A DNA stretch of 64,000 bases from Reclinomonas americana ATCC 50394. Taxonomy: Eukaryota. A program made the translations under genes and the position numbers. The stretch spans positions 1,364,001 through 1,428,000 of the forward strand of contig PS015009.1 of assembly GCA_048213135.1 (NCBI GenBank). The letters are read 5' to 3'. How positions within the stretch are numbered: the stretch's first letter is position 1; every line of letters starts with the position of its first letter. This document shows positions 41,493 to 50,496 of this stretch, piece after piece. The notes beneath the pieces were generated by a model. It saw only the letters and a program-made list of their open reading frames with translations. It was not told the DNA's origin and made no database searches.

Positions 41493-42269
41493 ATGACGAC
41501 AGCAGCAATAAAAGAAGATTACGTAAAAGTAGAAACACACAATGGTATTACCACGATAGAATTTCATCACCCGCAAAGCAATTCTCTGCCCGGACATATA
41601 CTGGAAGAGCTGGCCAAAGAAATACACTTTGCCGGCATTCATGATGAAACCAAAGTGATCATCCTGAAAAGTGCGGGAGAAAAAACATTTTGCTCGGGCG
41701 CCAGTTTTGATGAACTGGTAGCCATAAAGAACGCGGAAGAAGGGTTAAAATTTTTCAGCGGCTTTGCCAACGTGATCAATGCCATGCGTAAATGTCCCAA
41801 GTTCATTATCGGACGTATACAGGGTAAATGCGTGGGTGGTGGTGTAGGCCTGGCGGCATCTGTAGATTATGCTATTGCAACGGATAAGGCTGAGATCAAA
41901 CTCAGTGAACTGGCGGTAGGCATAGGCCCCTTTGTTGTTGGCCCGGCTGTAGAAAGAAAGATAGGCATGGCGGCATTCAGCGCCCTGTCAATTGACGCTT
42001 CCATGTGGCGGAACAGTGATTGGGCCAGGAGAAAAGGCCTGTTCGCGGAAATGCACGAGACCGTGGAAGGCATGGATGAATCCATTTCCCGCCTTTCGCA
42101 TACACTGGCACACTCCAACCCCGAAGCCATGGCCGAACTGAAAAAAGTGTTCTGGAAAGGAACCGAACACTGGGACGAATTGCTGAAAGAAAGAGCAGCC
42201 ATCAGCGGCAGGCTGGTGCTGAGCGAGTTCAGTAAGAAAGCGATCGAGAAGTTCAAGTCAAAAAAATAA
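41493..42269 (+). CDS. enoyl-CoA hydratase/isomerase family protein
   Basis: FCSGASFDEL, GKCVGGGVGL, LSELAVGIGP. Confidence 0.9.
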   Translation: MTTAAIKEDYVKVETHNGITTIEFHHPQSNSLPGHILEELAKEIHFAGIHDETKVIILKSAGEKTFCSGASFDELVAIKNAEEGLKFFSGFANVINAMRKCPKFIIGRIQGKCVGGGVGLAASVDYAIATDKAEIKLSELAVGIGPFVVGPAVERKIGMAAFSALSIDASMWRNSDWARRKGLFAEMHETVEGMDESISRLSHTLAHSNPEAMAELKKVFWKGTEHWDELLKERAAISGRLVLSEFSKKAIEKFKSKK

Positions 42270-42283
42270 GCGAAAAATCTTTG

Positions 42284-42322
42284 TACAAAAAGTTGGCAAA
42301 TTGCCAACTTTTTGTATTTTTG
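42284..42322 (+). promoter_or_regulatory. 33-bp palindromic operator overlapping the higBA promoter
   Basis: tacaaaaagttggcaa-a-ttgccaactttttgta (42284-42316); TATTTTTG -7 element at 42315-42322. Confidence 0.75.
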
Positions 42323-42400
42323 GGAATCACCTATTCAACACTGGCACAAGTGATATTGTGCAATACTTTATTATGAAAACCCGAATTAAACGAAAGAGTA

Positions 42401-42706
42401 ATGAAAATTCTCAACTCGCTTCTGTTATTAGACTTTTCTAAAAAGCATACAGATGCGAAAAAAAGTATCCACGTTTGGCAAAGGATCGTTGTAAACGCCA
42501 ACTGGAAAAGCAGGTCTGATGTTTTATTTGATTTCCCCCGGGCAAAAATGCTAAAAGGAAAAAGAGCAAGGTTTGAGATCGTTCATAACAAGTACCGTCT
42601 TATTGGCGAGATCTTATATGAAGAACAGATCGTGGTTGTCCGGTTTATTGGTACGCATAAAGAGTATGACAAGATTGATCCTGTCACGGTTAGTATGCGA
42701 CCCTAA
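42401..42706 (+). CDS. higB: type II toxin HigB (RelE superfamily)
   Basis: ANWKS, RFEIVHNKYRLI, RFIGTHKEYDKID. Confidence 0.9.
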   Translation: MKILNSLLLLDFSKKHTDAKKSIHVWQRIVVNANWKSRSDVLFDFPRAKMLKGKRARFEIVHNKYRLIGEILYEEQIVVVRFIGTHKEYDKIDPVTVSMRP

Positions 42707-42717
42707 TTTTTAAAAAA

Positions 42718-43095
42718 ATGAAAACCCAACAAGTTTGGTACAAAATTGAAACAGAATCAGATCACAAAAAAGCGATGGACCGCTTTGATGAGATCATTGA
42801 TGCTAAAAAAGGCACAGCATTGTATAAAGAAAAAATGCTGCTTGCACTCCTTATCAATGAGTATGAATTAACAAAATGGAATCTTCCGGAAGTTGATCCT
42901 GTTGAAATGATAAAAATCAGGATGGAAGAGTTTGGTTATAAACCCGCAGACCTGGCAAAAGTGTATGGTGATAAAGGAACAATAAGCAAGGTTCTGAATT
43001 ATAAGCAGGCGCTTTCTCTTAGTATGATCAGAAAATTCAGTGAATTACTGCGGATACCTCCCGGCGAATTGATAAAGGAATACCAATTGAATTAA
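42718..43095 (+). CDS. higA: antitoxin HigA (HTH)
   Basis: LLINEYE, DPVEMIKIRMEE, HTH GDKGTISKVLNYKQALSLSMIRK. Confidence 0.9.
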   Translation: MKTQQVWYKIETESDHKKAMDRFDEIIDAKKGTALYKEKMLLALLINEYELTKWNLPEVDPVEMIKIRMEEFGYKPADLAKVYGDKGTISKVLNYKQALSLSMIRKFSELLRIPPGELIKEYQLN

Positions 43096-43096
43096 A

Positions 43097-43126
43097 CAAA
43101 AGCCCGGAAACATTTCCGGGCTTTTG
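43097..43126. terminator. bidirectional terminator
   Basis: caaaagcccggaaa-ca-tttccgggcttttg. Confidence 0.82.
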
Positions 43127-43151
43127 CTTTTAATATAATCTGCGACAACAA

Positions 43152-43787
43152 TTAAATATCGTCATACACATACAGCGGATCGATCTCTGAATTCGCTTTC
43201 ATTTCAAATACAGGGTTGATGATGCCGTCTTTCAAACCATATACCCATCCGTGCAGATCGGGCCGGTTCTCGTTTTTCCATGCTTTTTGTATGATGGAAG
43301 TTTTAGCCAGGCGTTGCACCTGCTCTATCACGTTCAGCTCCGTCAGGCGGTCGGCACGGGTATCGAAATCAGCGATATTATCCAGTTCGGTACGGTTGTG
43401 CCTGTATACATCCTTAATATTACGCAGCCACATGTTCAGTACCTGTTTGAAATCGTGGTTACCCATAGCGGCTTTGATACCACCGCAGCCATAGTGGCCG
43501 CAAATGATCACGTGTTTTACTTTCAGGTGCGTAACGGCGTATTCCAGTACGCTCAGCAGGTTAACATCGGTGTGTATCACCAGGTTGGCGATGTTGCGGT
43601 GTACAAAGATCTCTCCGGGCTGCGTTCCGGTGATCTCGTTCGCCGGAACACGGCTGTCGCTGCAGCCGATCCACAGGAATTCAGGGGTTTGCACTTTTGC
43701 CAGGCTTTCAAAGAAGGAAGGATTTTCTTCTACTTTTTCGGCGGCCCAGGCTTTGTTTTCCAGTAATAATTTTTCGTATGATTGCAT
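43152..43787 (-). CDS. can: beta-class carbonic anhydrase
   Basis: WIGCSDSRV, FVHRNIAN, CGHYGCGG, HGWVY. Confidence 0.95.
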   Translation of the reverse strand: MQSYEKLLLENKAWAAEKVEENPSFFESLAKVQTPEFLWIGCSDSRVPANEITGTQPGEIFVHRNIANLVIHTDVNLLSVLEYAVTHLKVKHVIICGHYGCGGIKAAMGNHDFKQVLNMWLRNIKDVYRHNRTELDNIADFDTRADRLTELNVIEQVQRLAKTSIIQKAWKNENRPDLHGWVYGLKDGIINPVFEMKANSEIDPLYVYDDI

Positions 43788-43801
43788 TGTTATTGTTTTA
43801 A

Positions 43802-45421
43802 TTAGTTATCAGTTGTTGTTGCCAGCGCCCGCATATTGCTGACCGCTGTTCTTTGTGAATTATTCAGTTCCAGGGCTTCTATCAGTTTGTCGGAAAACCC
43901 CTGGTTTTTAAAAAGGCTCCTTTTTACCTCTACGCGTATGTTCTTGAGATGAGCGTGCTTGGTAAAGTCCTCGATCACTTCAAGGATATCTTTATCAATA
44001 AAGTCTGCCCTCGACGCGTCGATCAGTACAAAACCATTCTCCGGTACTTTTTCCAGCTTGTGTTTGATGATCGGTTTGTTAAGAAAAGATACGTCTTTTC
44101 TTAATCTGAACAGGTACCTGTTCTCATCATTGATCACAAAAACGGCGGTCCTGAAATTGCTCCTCAGTATGTAGAATAATCCAAGGCCGATGCCTACGAG
44201 TACGCCTTTCAGCAGGTCGGTCAGCAGTATGGCAACGATTGTAATTACAAACGGTACGAACTGGTCCCACCCCTTCCTGTAAAAAGCCATGAAAAGCGAA
44301 GGCTTCGCCAGTTTGTAACCGGTGAAGATGAGGATAGCGGCCAGCGCTGCCTTGGGTATGAGGTTCAATATAGCAGGGATGAAAGCCACACAAAGTAACA
44401 GCAGGGAGCCATGCATAATGGTAGACATTTTTGACCTGGCGCCGGCATTCACGTTCGCGGAAGAACGAACGATAACACTGGTTACGGGGAGACCGCCCAC
44501 CATACCGGAGATAAGGTTACCAACACCCTGCGCTTTCAGTTCGCGGTTAGTGGGTGTTACTCTCTGGTAAGGGTCAAGGTCGTCCACCGCTTCAATACTC
44601 AGCAGGCTTTCGAGGCTGGCCACAATGGCGAGCGTAATACCGCATATGATCACATTCTTATTGGCCAGGTAGCTCCAGTCGGGAGCGCTGAAAAAGGAGA
44701 AGAAATCCTCTGCCGATTTTGCTACGGGCAGCCTTACCAGGTGTTCGCCAACCAGCGCGCTGGAAGAGCTGTAAGCATTGAAAGCGGCGTTGATGCCCAC
44801 GGCAATGAGTACTACCAGCAATGGTGCCGGTACCAGCTTGATGAAACCTTTTTTGCCGGTTGTGAATTTTTCCCAGATAAAGTGAAAAGCCAGGCAAAGT
44901 CCGCCGATGAGTAAAGCGGTACTGTTGATGTGCCCGAAAGCATTGAAGAAATTGTAAAAGATATTGCCTTTCTGCACAACGCCTTCATCGGTCTCAAAAC
45001 TGGAATCGTCGCCCAGCAAATGAGGGAACTGGTTCAGGATAAGAATAAGGCCGATGGCGGCGAGCATGCCTTTGATAACAGAGTTGGGTACATAGTCGCC
45101 GATGATACCCGCCCTGGCAAAACCCAGGCCTATCTGGATAACACCGCAGATAACCACGGCTACCAAAAAGCCTTCGAATGAAGCAATACTGATGATGGCC
45201 GCGGAAACAATAGCAGTTAAACCGGCAGCAGGACCGCTTACGCTCAGCGGGGATTTACTTACCATTCCCACAACAATACCGCCAACAATACCGGCGATAA
45301 GTCCGCTGAAAAGCGGCGCCCCCGATGCCAGGGCAACACCGAGGCAAAGGGGCAGGGCAACAAGAAAGACGACAATCGATGCCGGAATGTCGGCAGCGGC
45401 AGTTTTGAAAATTTTTTTCAT
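43802..45421 (-). CDS. SulP family inorganic anion (probably bicarbonate) transporter
   Basis: VFLVALPLCLGVALASG, VSGPAAG, NRELKAQG, VIVRSSAN; adjacent to can. Confidence 0.92.
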   Translation of the reverse strand: MKKIFKTAAADIPASIVVFLVALPLCLGVALASGAPLFSGLIAGIVGGIVVGMVSKSPLSVSGPAAGLTAIVSAAIISIASFEGFLVAVVICGVIQIGLGFARAGIIGDYVPNSVIKGMLAAIGLILILNQFPHLLGDDSSFETDEGVVQKGNIFYNFFNAFGHINSTALLIGGLCLAFHFIWEKFTTGKKGFIKLVPAPLLVVLIAVGINAAFNAYSSSSALVGEHLVRLPVAKSAEDFFSFFSAPDWSYLANKNVIICGITLAIVASLESLLSIEAVDDLDPYQRVTPTNRELKAQGVGNLISGMVGGLPVTSVIVRSSANVNAGARSKMSTIMHGSLLLLCVAFIPAILNLIPKAALAAILIFTGYKLAKPSLFMAFYRKGWDQFVPFVITIVAILLTDLLKGVLVGIGLGLFYILRSNFRTAVFVINDENRYLFRLRKDVSFLNKPIIKHKLEKVPENGFVLIDASRADFIDKDILEVIEDFTKHAHLKNIRVEVKRSLFKNQGFSDKLIEALELNNSQRTAVSNMRALATTTDN

Positions 45422-45547
45422 GATCAAAATAATTATGACACCAGTACAGCCGGGCAGGAGCATAAATGCCAGTGCCGGACATACGGGTTGTAGTTTATAA
45501 ATGGTGTGGTGACCCGGGTTATACCCGGAAGAAAAAACAGGTTATGA

Positions 45548-45859
45548 TCAGGACCTGTTGGGAGGGGGTGTCATAATATCCGCGGAGCAGTGTTCCGGAA
45601 GCATTTCTGCGTAATGGAAAGCGGAGGAATTGTCAATGAGTGTATACTGATGAAAAAGATGATCCATGCAGTGCATGAGTTTGTGATCTTCATCAAGTAA
45701 TATACGGGGATTCTTGGTGGCGCCTTTACTGGTTTCTACCAGTTCTTCAGTGAGGGGATAGTCGATAAGAAAATACTTGATCACCTGCTTTACAGGCAAT
45801 ATCTGGATGGCCAGTACCATAACCAGGAAACAACTTACTATCTTATTCCTCAGCTTCAT
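45548..45859 (-). CDS. small membrane-anchored His-containing protein ending TPPPNRS; putative leader of sulP-can
   Basis: N-terminal hydrophobic helix, His-rich middle, C-terminal polyproline; TATCTTTG promoter just upstream. Confidence 0.65.
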   Translation of the reverse strand: MKLRNKIVSCFLVMVLAIQILPVKQVIKYFLIDYPLTEELVETSKGATKNPRILLDEDHKLMHCMDHLFHQYTLIDNSSAFHYAEMLPEHCSADIMTPPPNRS

Positions 45860-45966
45860 TAAGGTTGCAAAGATAATCGATAACAACAAAAAGAAGAAGA
45901 AAGTTAAAACGATTAACAATAATATGACTTATCAGCGTTGTGCCATTGATTATGAAGGAGATGGGA

Positions 45967-46524
45967 TTACTTCAGCAGCTGGCTTATTAACGGGGAGATC
46001 ATTTCGCGGTAATAAGCGGGAATGTCTTGCCACAACAGGTTTTCCGCGTGTTTTATATAGCCGTTACGATCCAGTATGATGTTGAAAGGGAATCCATTGG
46101 AAAGGTTGAGGCGATAACATTCTTTACGGGAAATAGGAAAAACCGGGTAACGGAAATTATATTTTTTCCTGGAGGAATCTACTTCTTCCGGGCTGTCGAA
46201 TGTAAAGGACAGGAATACAAAACCACTGTCGGCACTGAATTTATCGTATAATTTATTGAGGTCATCCATCTCTTCGATACAGGGATGACATTGGGCAAAC
46301 CAGAAATTGATGAACACCACTTTTCCTTTCAGCGATTCATTGGAATAAACAATATTGCCCGACCGTACTGAAAATGCCGGGTAGGGCGTATTAATGGCTT
46401 TTGCATTTCTTTCCCCGATTTTTTCCATCAGGGAGTCGGTATTGATCACTTTTCTGCCAGGCCCCGGCTGGCTGTAAACACTACACCCAATGCAGGTTAT
46501 AATGAGTAAGAGCAGGTATCGCAT
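45967..46524 (-). CDS. TlpA/ResA-like thiol-disulfide oxidoreductase
   Basis: signal peptide; LKGKVVFINFWFAQCHPCIEE; FPFNIILDRNG. Confidence 0.88.
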   Translation of the reverse strand: MRYLLLLIITCIGCSVYSQPGPGRKVINTDSLMEKIGERNAKAINTPYPAFSVRSGNIVYSNESLKGKVVFINFWFAQCHPCIEEMDDLNKLYDKFSADSGFVFLSFTFDSPEEVDSSRKKYNFRYPVFPISRKECYRLNLSNGFPFNIILDRNGYIKHAENLLWQDIPAYYREMISPLISQLLK

Positions 46525-46630
46525 GGTGGTGTAATTACTATCCTGAAACTAAGAAAATTAACAGTCTGTAAAATTATTTTTATAAATACGTGTACATTTT
46601 TGTTGTGTTTTTTGGATATTTGCTTTGCCC

Positions 46631-46915
46631 ATGCGGAAATTCATCCTCCATATGATCATGGCCCTTGCGCTTTTTTCTTTTACGGCAGAGACCGTACAGG
46701 GGCTCATTGTACCAGATAAGGAAGAGCTGGTATTGAAAGAAAAAGAAGCCGAGGAAAAATGTGAAGCAGATAAATCGGGCGATAATAATTTCGTCCTTAC
46801 TATAGGTTATACGGAACATCCCGTAATGGCTGATCAGCCTTATGCGCTTTCGCCAGCCTACCTTTTACCTCCGGCACATACGCTTTTACCGGAGTTGCCT
46901 CCCAAACAGATCTGA
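46631..46915 (+). CDS. small membrane-anchored protein with acidic linker ending PELPPKQI
   Basis: MRKFILHMIMALALFSF, EKEAEEKCE, C-terminal LPP motifs. Confidence 0.6.
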   Translation: MRKFILHMIMALALFSFTAETVQGLIVPDKEELVLKEKEAEEKCEADKSGDNNFVLTIGYTEHPVMADQPYALSPAYLLPPAHTLLPELPPKQI

Positions 46916-47084
46916 TCCTGCGCATCGCTGATGTGCTGTACTGGTGTTGAGTAACACCGGTGTTTCCTTTTATCATTAACTGAAAATAACGGCGAGCCAT
47001 TCCGTCGTTGATACAGGTCTTTAACGACCCCCGATCATATTGCCCTTAGTGGTACAGCTTAGTAGTTTTGGGTGGCGGTTATCT

Positions 47085-47111
47085 AAAAAGGCCCCGGTGT
47101 CTACCGGGGCC
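47085..47111 (-). terminator. intrinsic terminator of fabG
   Basis: ggccccggt-agac-accggggcc followed by T5 on minus strand. Confidence 0.8.
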
Positions 47112-47133
47112 GCATTATTTCTGGAAGTCACTG

Positions 47134-47889
47134 TTATATATTCAAACCGCCGCAGGCGCTGATCACCTGGCCGGTAACATAGGCGCCCAGCTCACTGGCC
47201 AGGAAAAGCGATACATTGGCAATATCTTCCGCAGAGGCAAACCGCCCCAAAGGAATATCCGCTTTATATTTTTCCGCACCATCGCCATCTTTCAGGTAAT
47301 GTGTCATATCGGTTTCCACAAAACCGGGCGCAATGGCATTGGAACGGATATTGCGGCTGCCCAGCTCCTTGGCCACACTCTTGGTAAAACCGATGATGCC
47401 TGCTTTACTGGCGGCATAGCTGCTCTGGCCTGCGTTACCCATTTCACCAATGATGCTGCTCATGTTGATGATGCTGCCGCTTTTGGCTTTCATCATCGGG
47501 CGGATCACCTGCTTGGTCATATTGAAAACACTTTTCAGGTTCACCGTCATTACCTCGTCCCATTGCTCGGGTGTCATACGCAGTAAAAGATTGTCTTTGG
47601 AAATACCGGCATTGTTCACACAGATATCAATTTTCTCAAAACCGGACAACACCTCATTTACGAGTGTTTCACAGGCAGCGAAATCGGCGGCATTGCTTTG
47701 GTAGGCTTTCGCTTTTACACCCATACCGGTAAGCCGGTCTTCCAGCGCTTTGGCCCTGTCGGCGCTGCTGTCGCTCACATAAGTAAAAGCCACGCTGGCG
47801 CCATGTTCCGCAAATTTCAACGCAATTCCTTCGCCTATACCGCGTGCCGCACCGGTTATTATCGCTGTTTTTCCTTCCAGTAATTTCAT
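47134..47889 (-). CDS. fabG: 3-oxoacyl-ACP reductase
   Basis: TGAARGIG, NNAGISKD, YAASKAG, PGFVETDMT. Confidence 0.93.
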   Translation of the reverse strand: MKLLEGKTAIITGAARGIGEGIALKFAEHGASVAFTYVSDSSADRAKALEDRLTGMGVKAKAYQSNAADFAACETLVNEVLSGFEKIDICVNNAGISKDNLLLRMTPEQWDEVMTVNLKSVFNMTKQVIRPMMKAKSGSIINMSSIIGEMGNAGQSSYAASKAGIIGFTKSVAKELGSRNIRSNAIAPGFVETDMTHYLKDGDGAEKYKADIPLGRFASAEDIANVSLFLASELGAYVTGQVISACGGLNI

Positions 47890-47970
47890 ATTGTATCGTT
47901 TAGTTAAGTTGAACAAAGGTAATTCTATTCGTCATTTACTTATAACGCTGCCATGATGACGACCATGAAT

Positions 47971-49485
47971 TTATAAACCGGGGTTTTGTGATAATATCTC
48001 TTCCAGGATAGTACGTTCGTTACTCAGCCGGGGAACTTTATGCTGACCGCCCAGCTTTTCCTTGCTCCTGAGCCATGCCGCGAATGCGCCTTTGGGTAAT
48101 ACCCTTACAATGGGCTCGCGGAGAGCAATACCCTTGTGCCGTTTGGCTTCATAATCACTGTTGATGTTCTTCAGTTCTGTATCCAGCGCCTCAATGAACA
48201 GGCGGATGTCGGCAGGTTCTTTTTCAAACTCTACCAGCCATTCATGCGCCCCGTTGCTGTTGCTGCTGAAGTATACGGGCGCCGCGGTATAATCATTTAC
48301 AATAGCATTGGTTTGTGCCGCGGCAACGGAAATGGCTTTGTCGCTGTTGTCCACCATAACCTCTTCACCAAACGCGTTCATGTAATGTTTCAGCCTTCCG
48401 GTTACCCGGAGTTTATATGGATTAAGAGAGGTGAATTTTACCGTATCGCCGATCAGGTACCGCCACAAACCGCCGGTGGTACTGATCACCAGGGCATAGT
48501 TTTTCCCTGTCTCCAGGTCTTTAAGGCCAACGGTTACAGGATTGGCTTTGCCATATTCTTCCACGGGCATGAACTCATAAAAAATAGCGTGATCGGTGAA
48601 CAACAGCATGCCGTCATCATCGGGACTTTGCTGCCCGGCAATGAAGCCTTCGCTGGCGTTATAGATCTCGAGGTAATTGACCTTTCCGCCGATGATGTGA
48701 TCGAATTGTTCTTTATACGGGACAAAAGACACACCGCCATTGATGTACAGCTCCAGGTTGGGCCATACTTCTTTAATATTGTTCTTGCCTTTTATTTCGA
48801 GTATGCGTTTCAGTAAGATGAGTGTCCAGGTAGGTACACCGGCCAGCGAGGTCACATTTTCATCGGCTGTGATCTGCGCCAGTTTTTCAATTTTATCCTC
48901 CCACTCGTCCAGCAGCGCCACGCTCAGTTCGGGTGTACGTATCCACTGGCCCCAGAACGGAGAGTTCTGCATCAGCACAGCGCTCAGGTCGCCATATTGT
49001 ATCTCCTCGTTTACTTTACTGATCTGGTGAGATCCGCCCACTACCAGTCCTTTGCCGGTAAGCAGTTCACTGGAAGGGAAGTTATTGTAATAGCTGGTCA
49101 GCACATCTTTACTGGCCTTGAAATGATTGTCCTGCAGGCTTTCTTCGCTGATGGGAATGAACTTGCTTTTGTCGGATGTGGTGCCCGATGATTTGGCGAA
49201 CCAGTTAATGGGAGTGTTCCAGAGTACATTCTCCTCCCCGGCCATCATCCGGCTGATATAAGGCTTCAGGTCCTCGTAATCATGAATGGGGACCGCTTTT
49301 TTGAATTCCCTCACCGAAAAAAGCTTTGAAAAACCATGTTTTTTACCAAACTCTGTATACTGGGCTGAAGTAACGAGGTGCTGCAGCACTTCCCGTTGGG
49401 CGGCCACCGGGTTGCTGCTCCAGTTTTCGATACGCCAGAAGCGCATCCTGGCCAGCTTCGATATGGCGGGAGAGAGTAACTTCAT
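47971..49485 (-). CDS. GH3 auxin-responsive promoter family protein
   Basis: AKSSGTT, YNASEGF, LWRYLIGD, GGQHKVPRL. Confidence 0.92.
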   Translation of the reverse strand: MKLLSPAISKLARMRFWRIENWSSNPVAAQREVLQHLVTSAQYTEFGKKHGFSKLFSVREFKKAVPIHDYEDLKPYISRMMAGEENVLWNTPINWFAKSSGTTSDKSKFIPISEESLQDNHFKASKDVLTSYYNNFPSSELLTGKGLVVGGSHQISKVNEEIQYGDLSAVLMQNSPFWGQWIRTPELSVALLDEWEDKIEKLAQITADENVTSLAGVPTWTLILLKRILEIKGKNNIKEVWPNLELYINGGVSFVPYKEQFDHIIGGKVNYLEIYNASEGFIAGQQSPDDDGMLLFTDHAIFYEFMPVEEYGKANPVTVGLKDLETGKNYALVISTTGGLWRYLIGDTVKFTSLNPYKLRVTGRLKHYMNAFGEEVMVDNSDKAISVAAAQTNAIVNDYTAAPVYFSSNSNGAHEWLVEFEKEPADIRLFIEALDTELKNINSDYEAKRHKGIALREPIVRVLPKGAFAAWLRSKEKLGGQHKVPRLSNERTILEEILSQNPGL

Positions 49486-49596
49486 TCGCCGGCAAAGTAA
49501 ATAAAAGCCCTGAAAGATGGAAAGGAAATGTAGTGTTAATTAAGGAATTTGACAGTACCGCGATGATACAGCGTAAAGAATGCCGTGTTGTTTACC

Positions 49597-50245
49597 CTAT
49601 TCGGAACTGTTACCAAGGGTTGACTGGGCCTCGTCATGCAGGTAATCCTTACGCTTCAGCTCAAAATTACGGCCCAGGTACAGTCGCCTTACCTGTTCGT
49701 CGGAAGCCAGTTCTTCGGCTGTACCGTGTTTGAATATTTTACCGTCGATAAGCAGGTAAGCCCTGTCGCAAATAGAAAGGGTTTCGTTTACGTTATGATC
49801 GGTGATGAGGATACCGATATTACGGAATTTGAGTTTGGCCACAATGGCCTGTATGTCTTCCACGGCAATAGGATCCACGCCGGCAAAGGGTTCATCCAGC
49901 AGTACAAACTTGGGATCAACCGCCAGGGCCCGGGCAATCTCAGTACGCCTGCGTTCGCCACCGCTCAGGGTATCACCGTTATTCTTCCTTACATGCTGCA
50001 GCCTGAATTCGTCGAGCAGTTCTTCCAGTTTGTTCTTTTGCTGCACCTTGCTGAGTTTGGTCATTTCCAGTACGGCACTGATATTGTCTTCCACGCTCAG
50101 TTTCCTGAATACGCTGGCTTCCTGCGGCAGGTAGCCAATACCCATTTGCGCCCTTTTATACATGGGCAGTTTGGTAATGTCAATGTCATTCAGGAACACT
50201 TCGCCGCTGTCGGGTTTTACCAGTCCCACCACCTGGTAGAAAGAG

Positions 50246-50277
<32 letters not shown>

Positions 50278-50379
50278 GCCAACAATCTCTCCCTGTTTCA
50301 CATTAAAGGAAACATGGTTCACCACGGTGCGGCTGCCATACGTTTTAACGAGATCCTTGGTATGAATGGTAAGACTCAA
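49597..50379 (-). CDS. lptB: LPS export ABC transporter ATP-binding protein
   Basis: [43 protein letters not shown]. Confidence 0.96.
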
Positions 50380-50496
50380 AATTCAGGTTTAAGGCAAAAA
50401 TAAAGGAAACGCTCAAATACCACGGCATGCTATTTTATATTAACAGCAGTTTGTGCTTACCCTTACTTGCTTTAAGTTTGCATCAATTTAGCAGAA

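Noticed and set aside
50380-50496. SAM riboswitch before metF
   Set aside because: A promoter-like TAAGTTTG lies only ~16 nt before the ATG, and no aptamer motif is seen.
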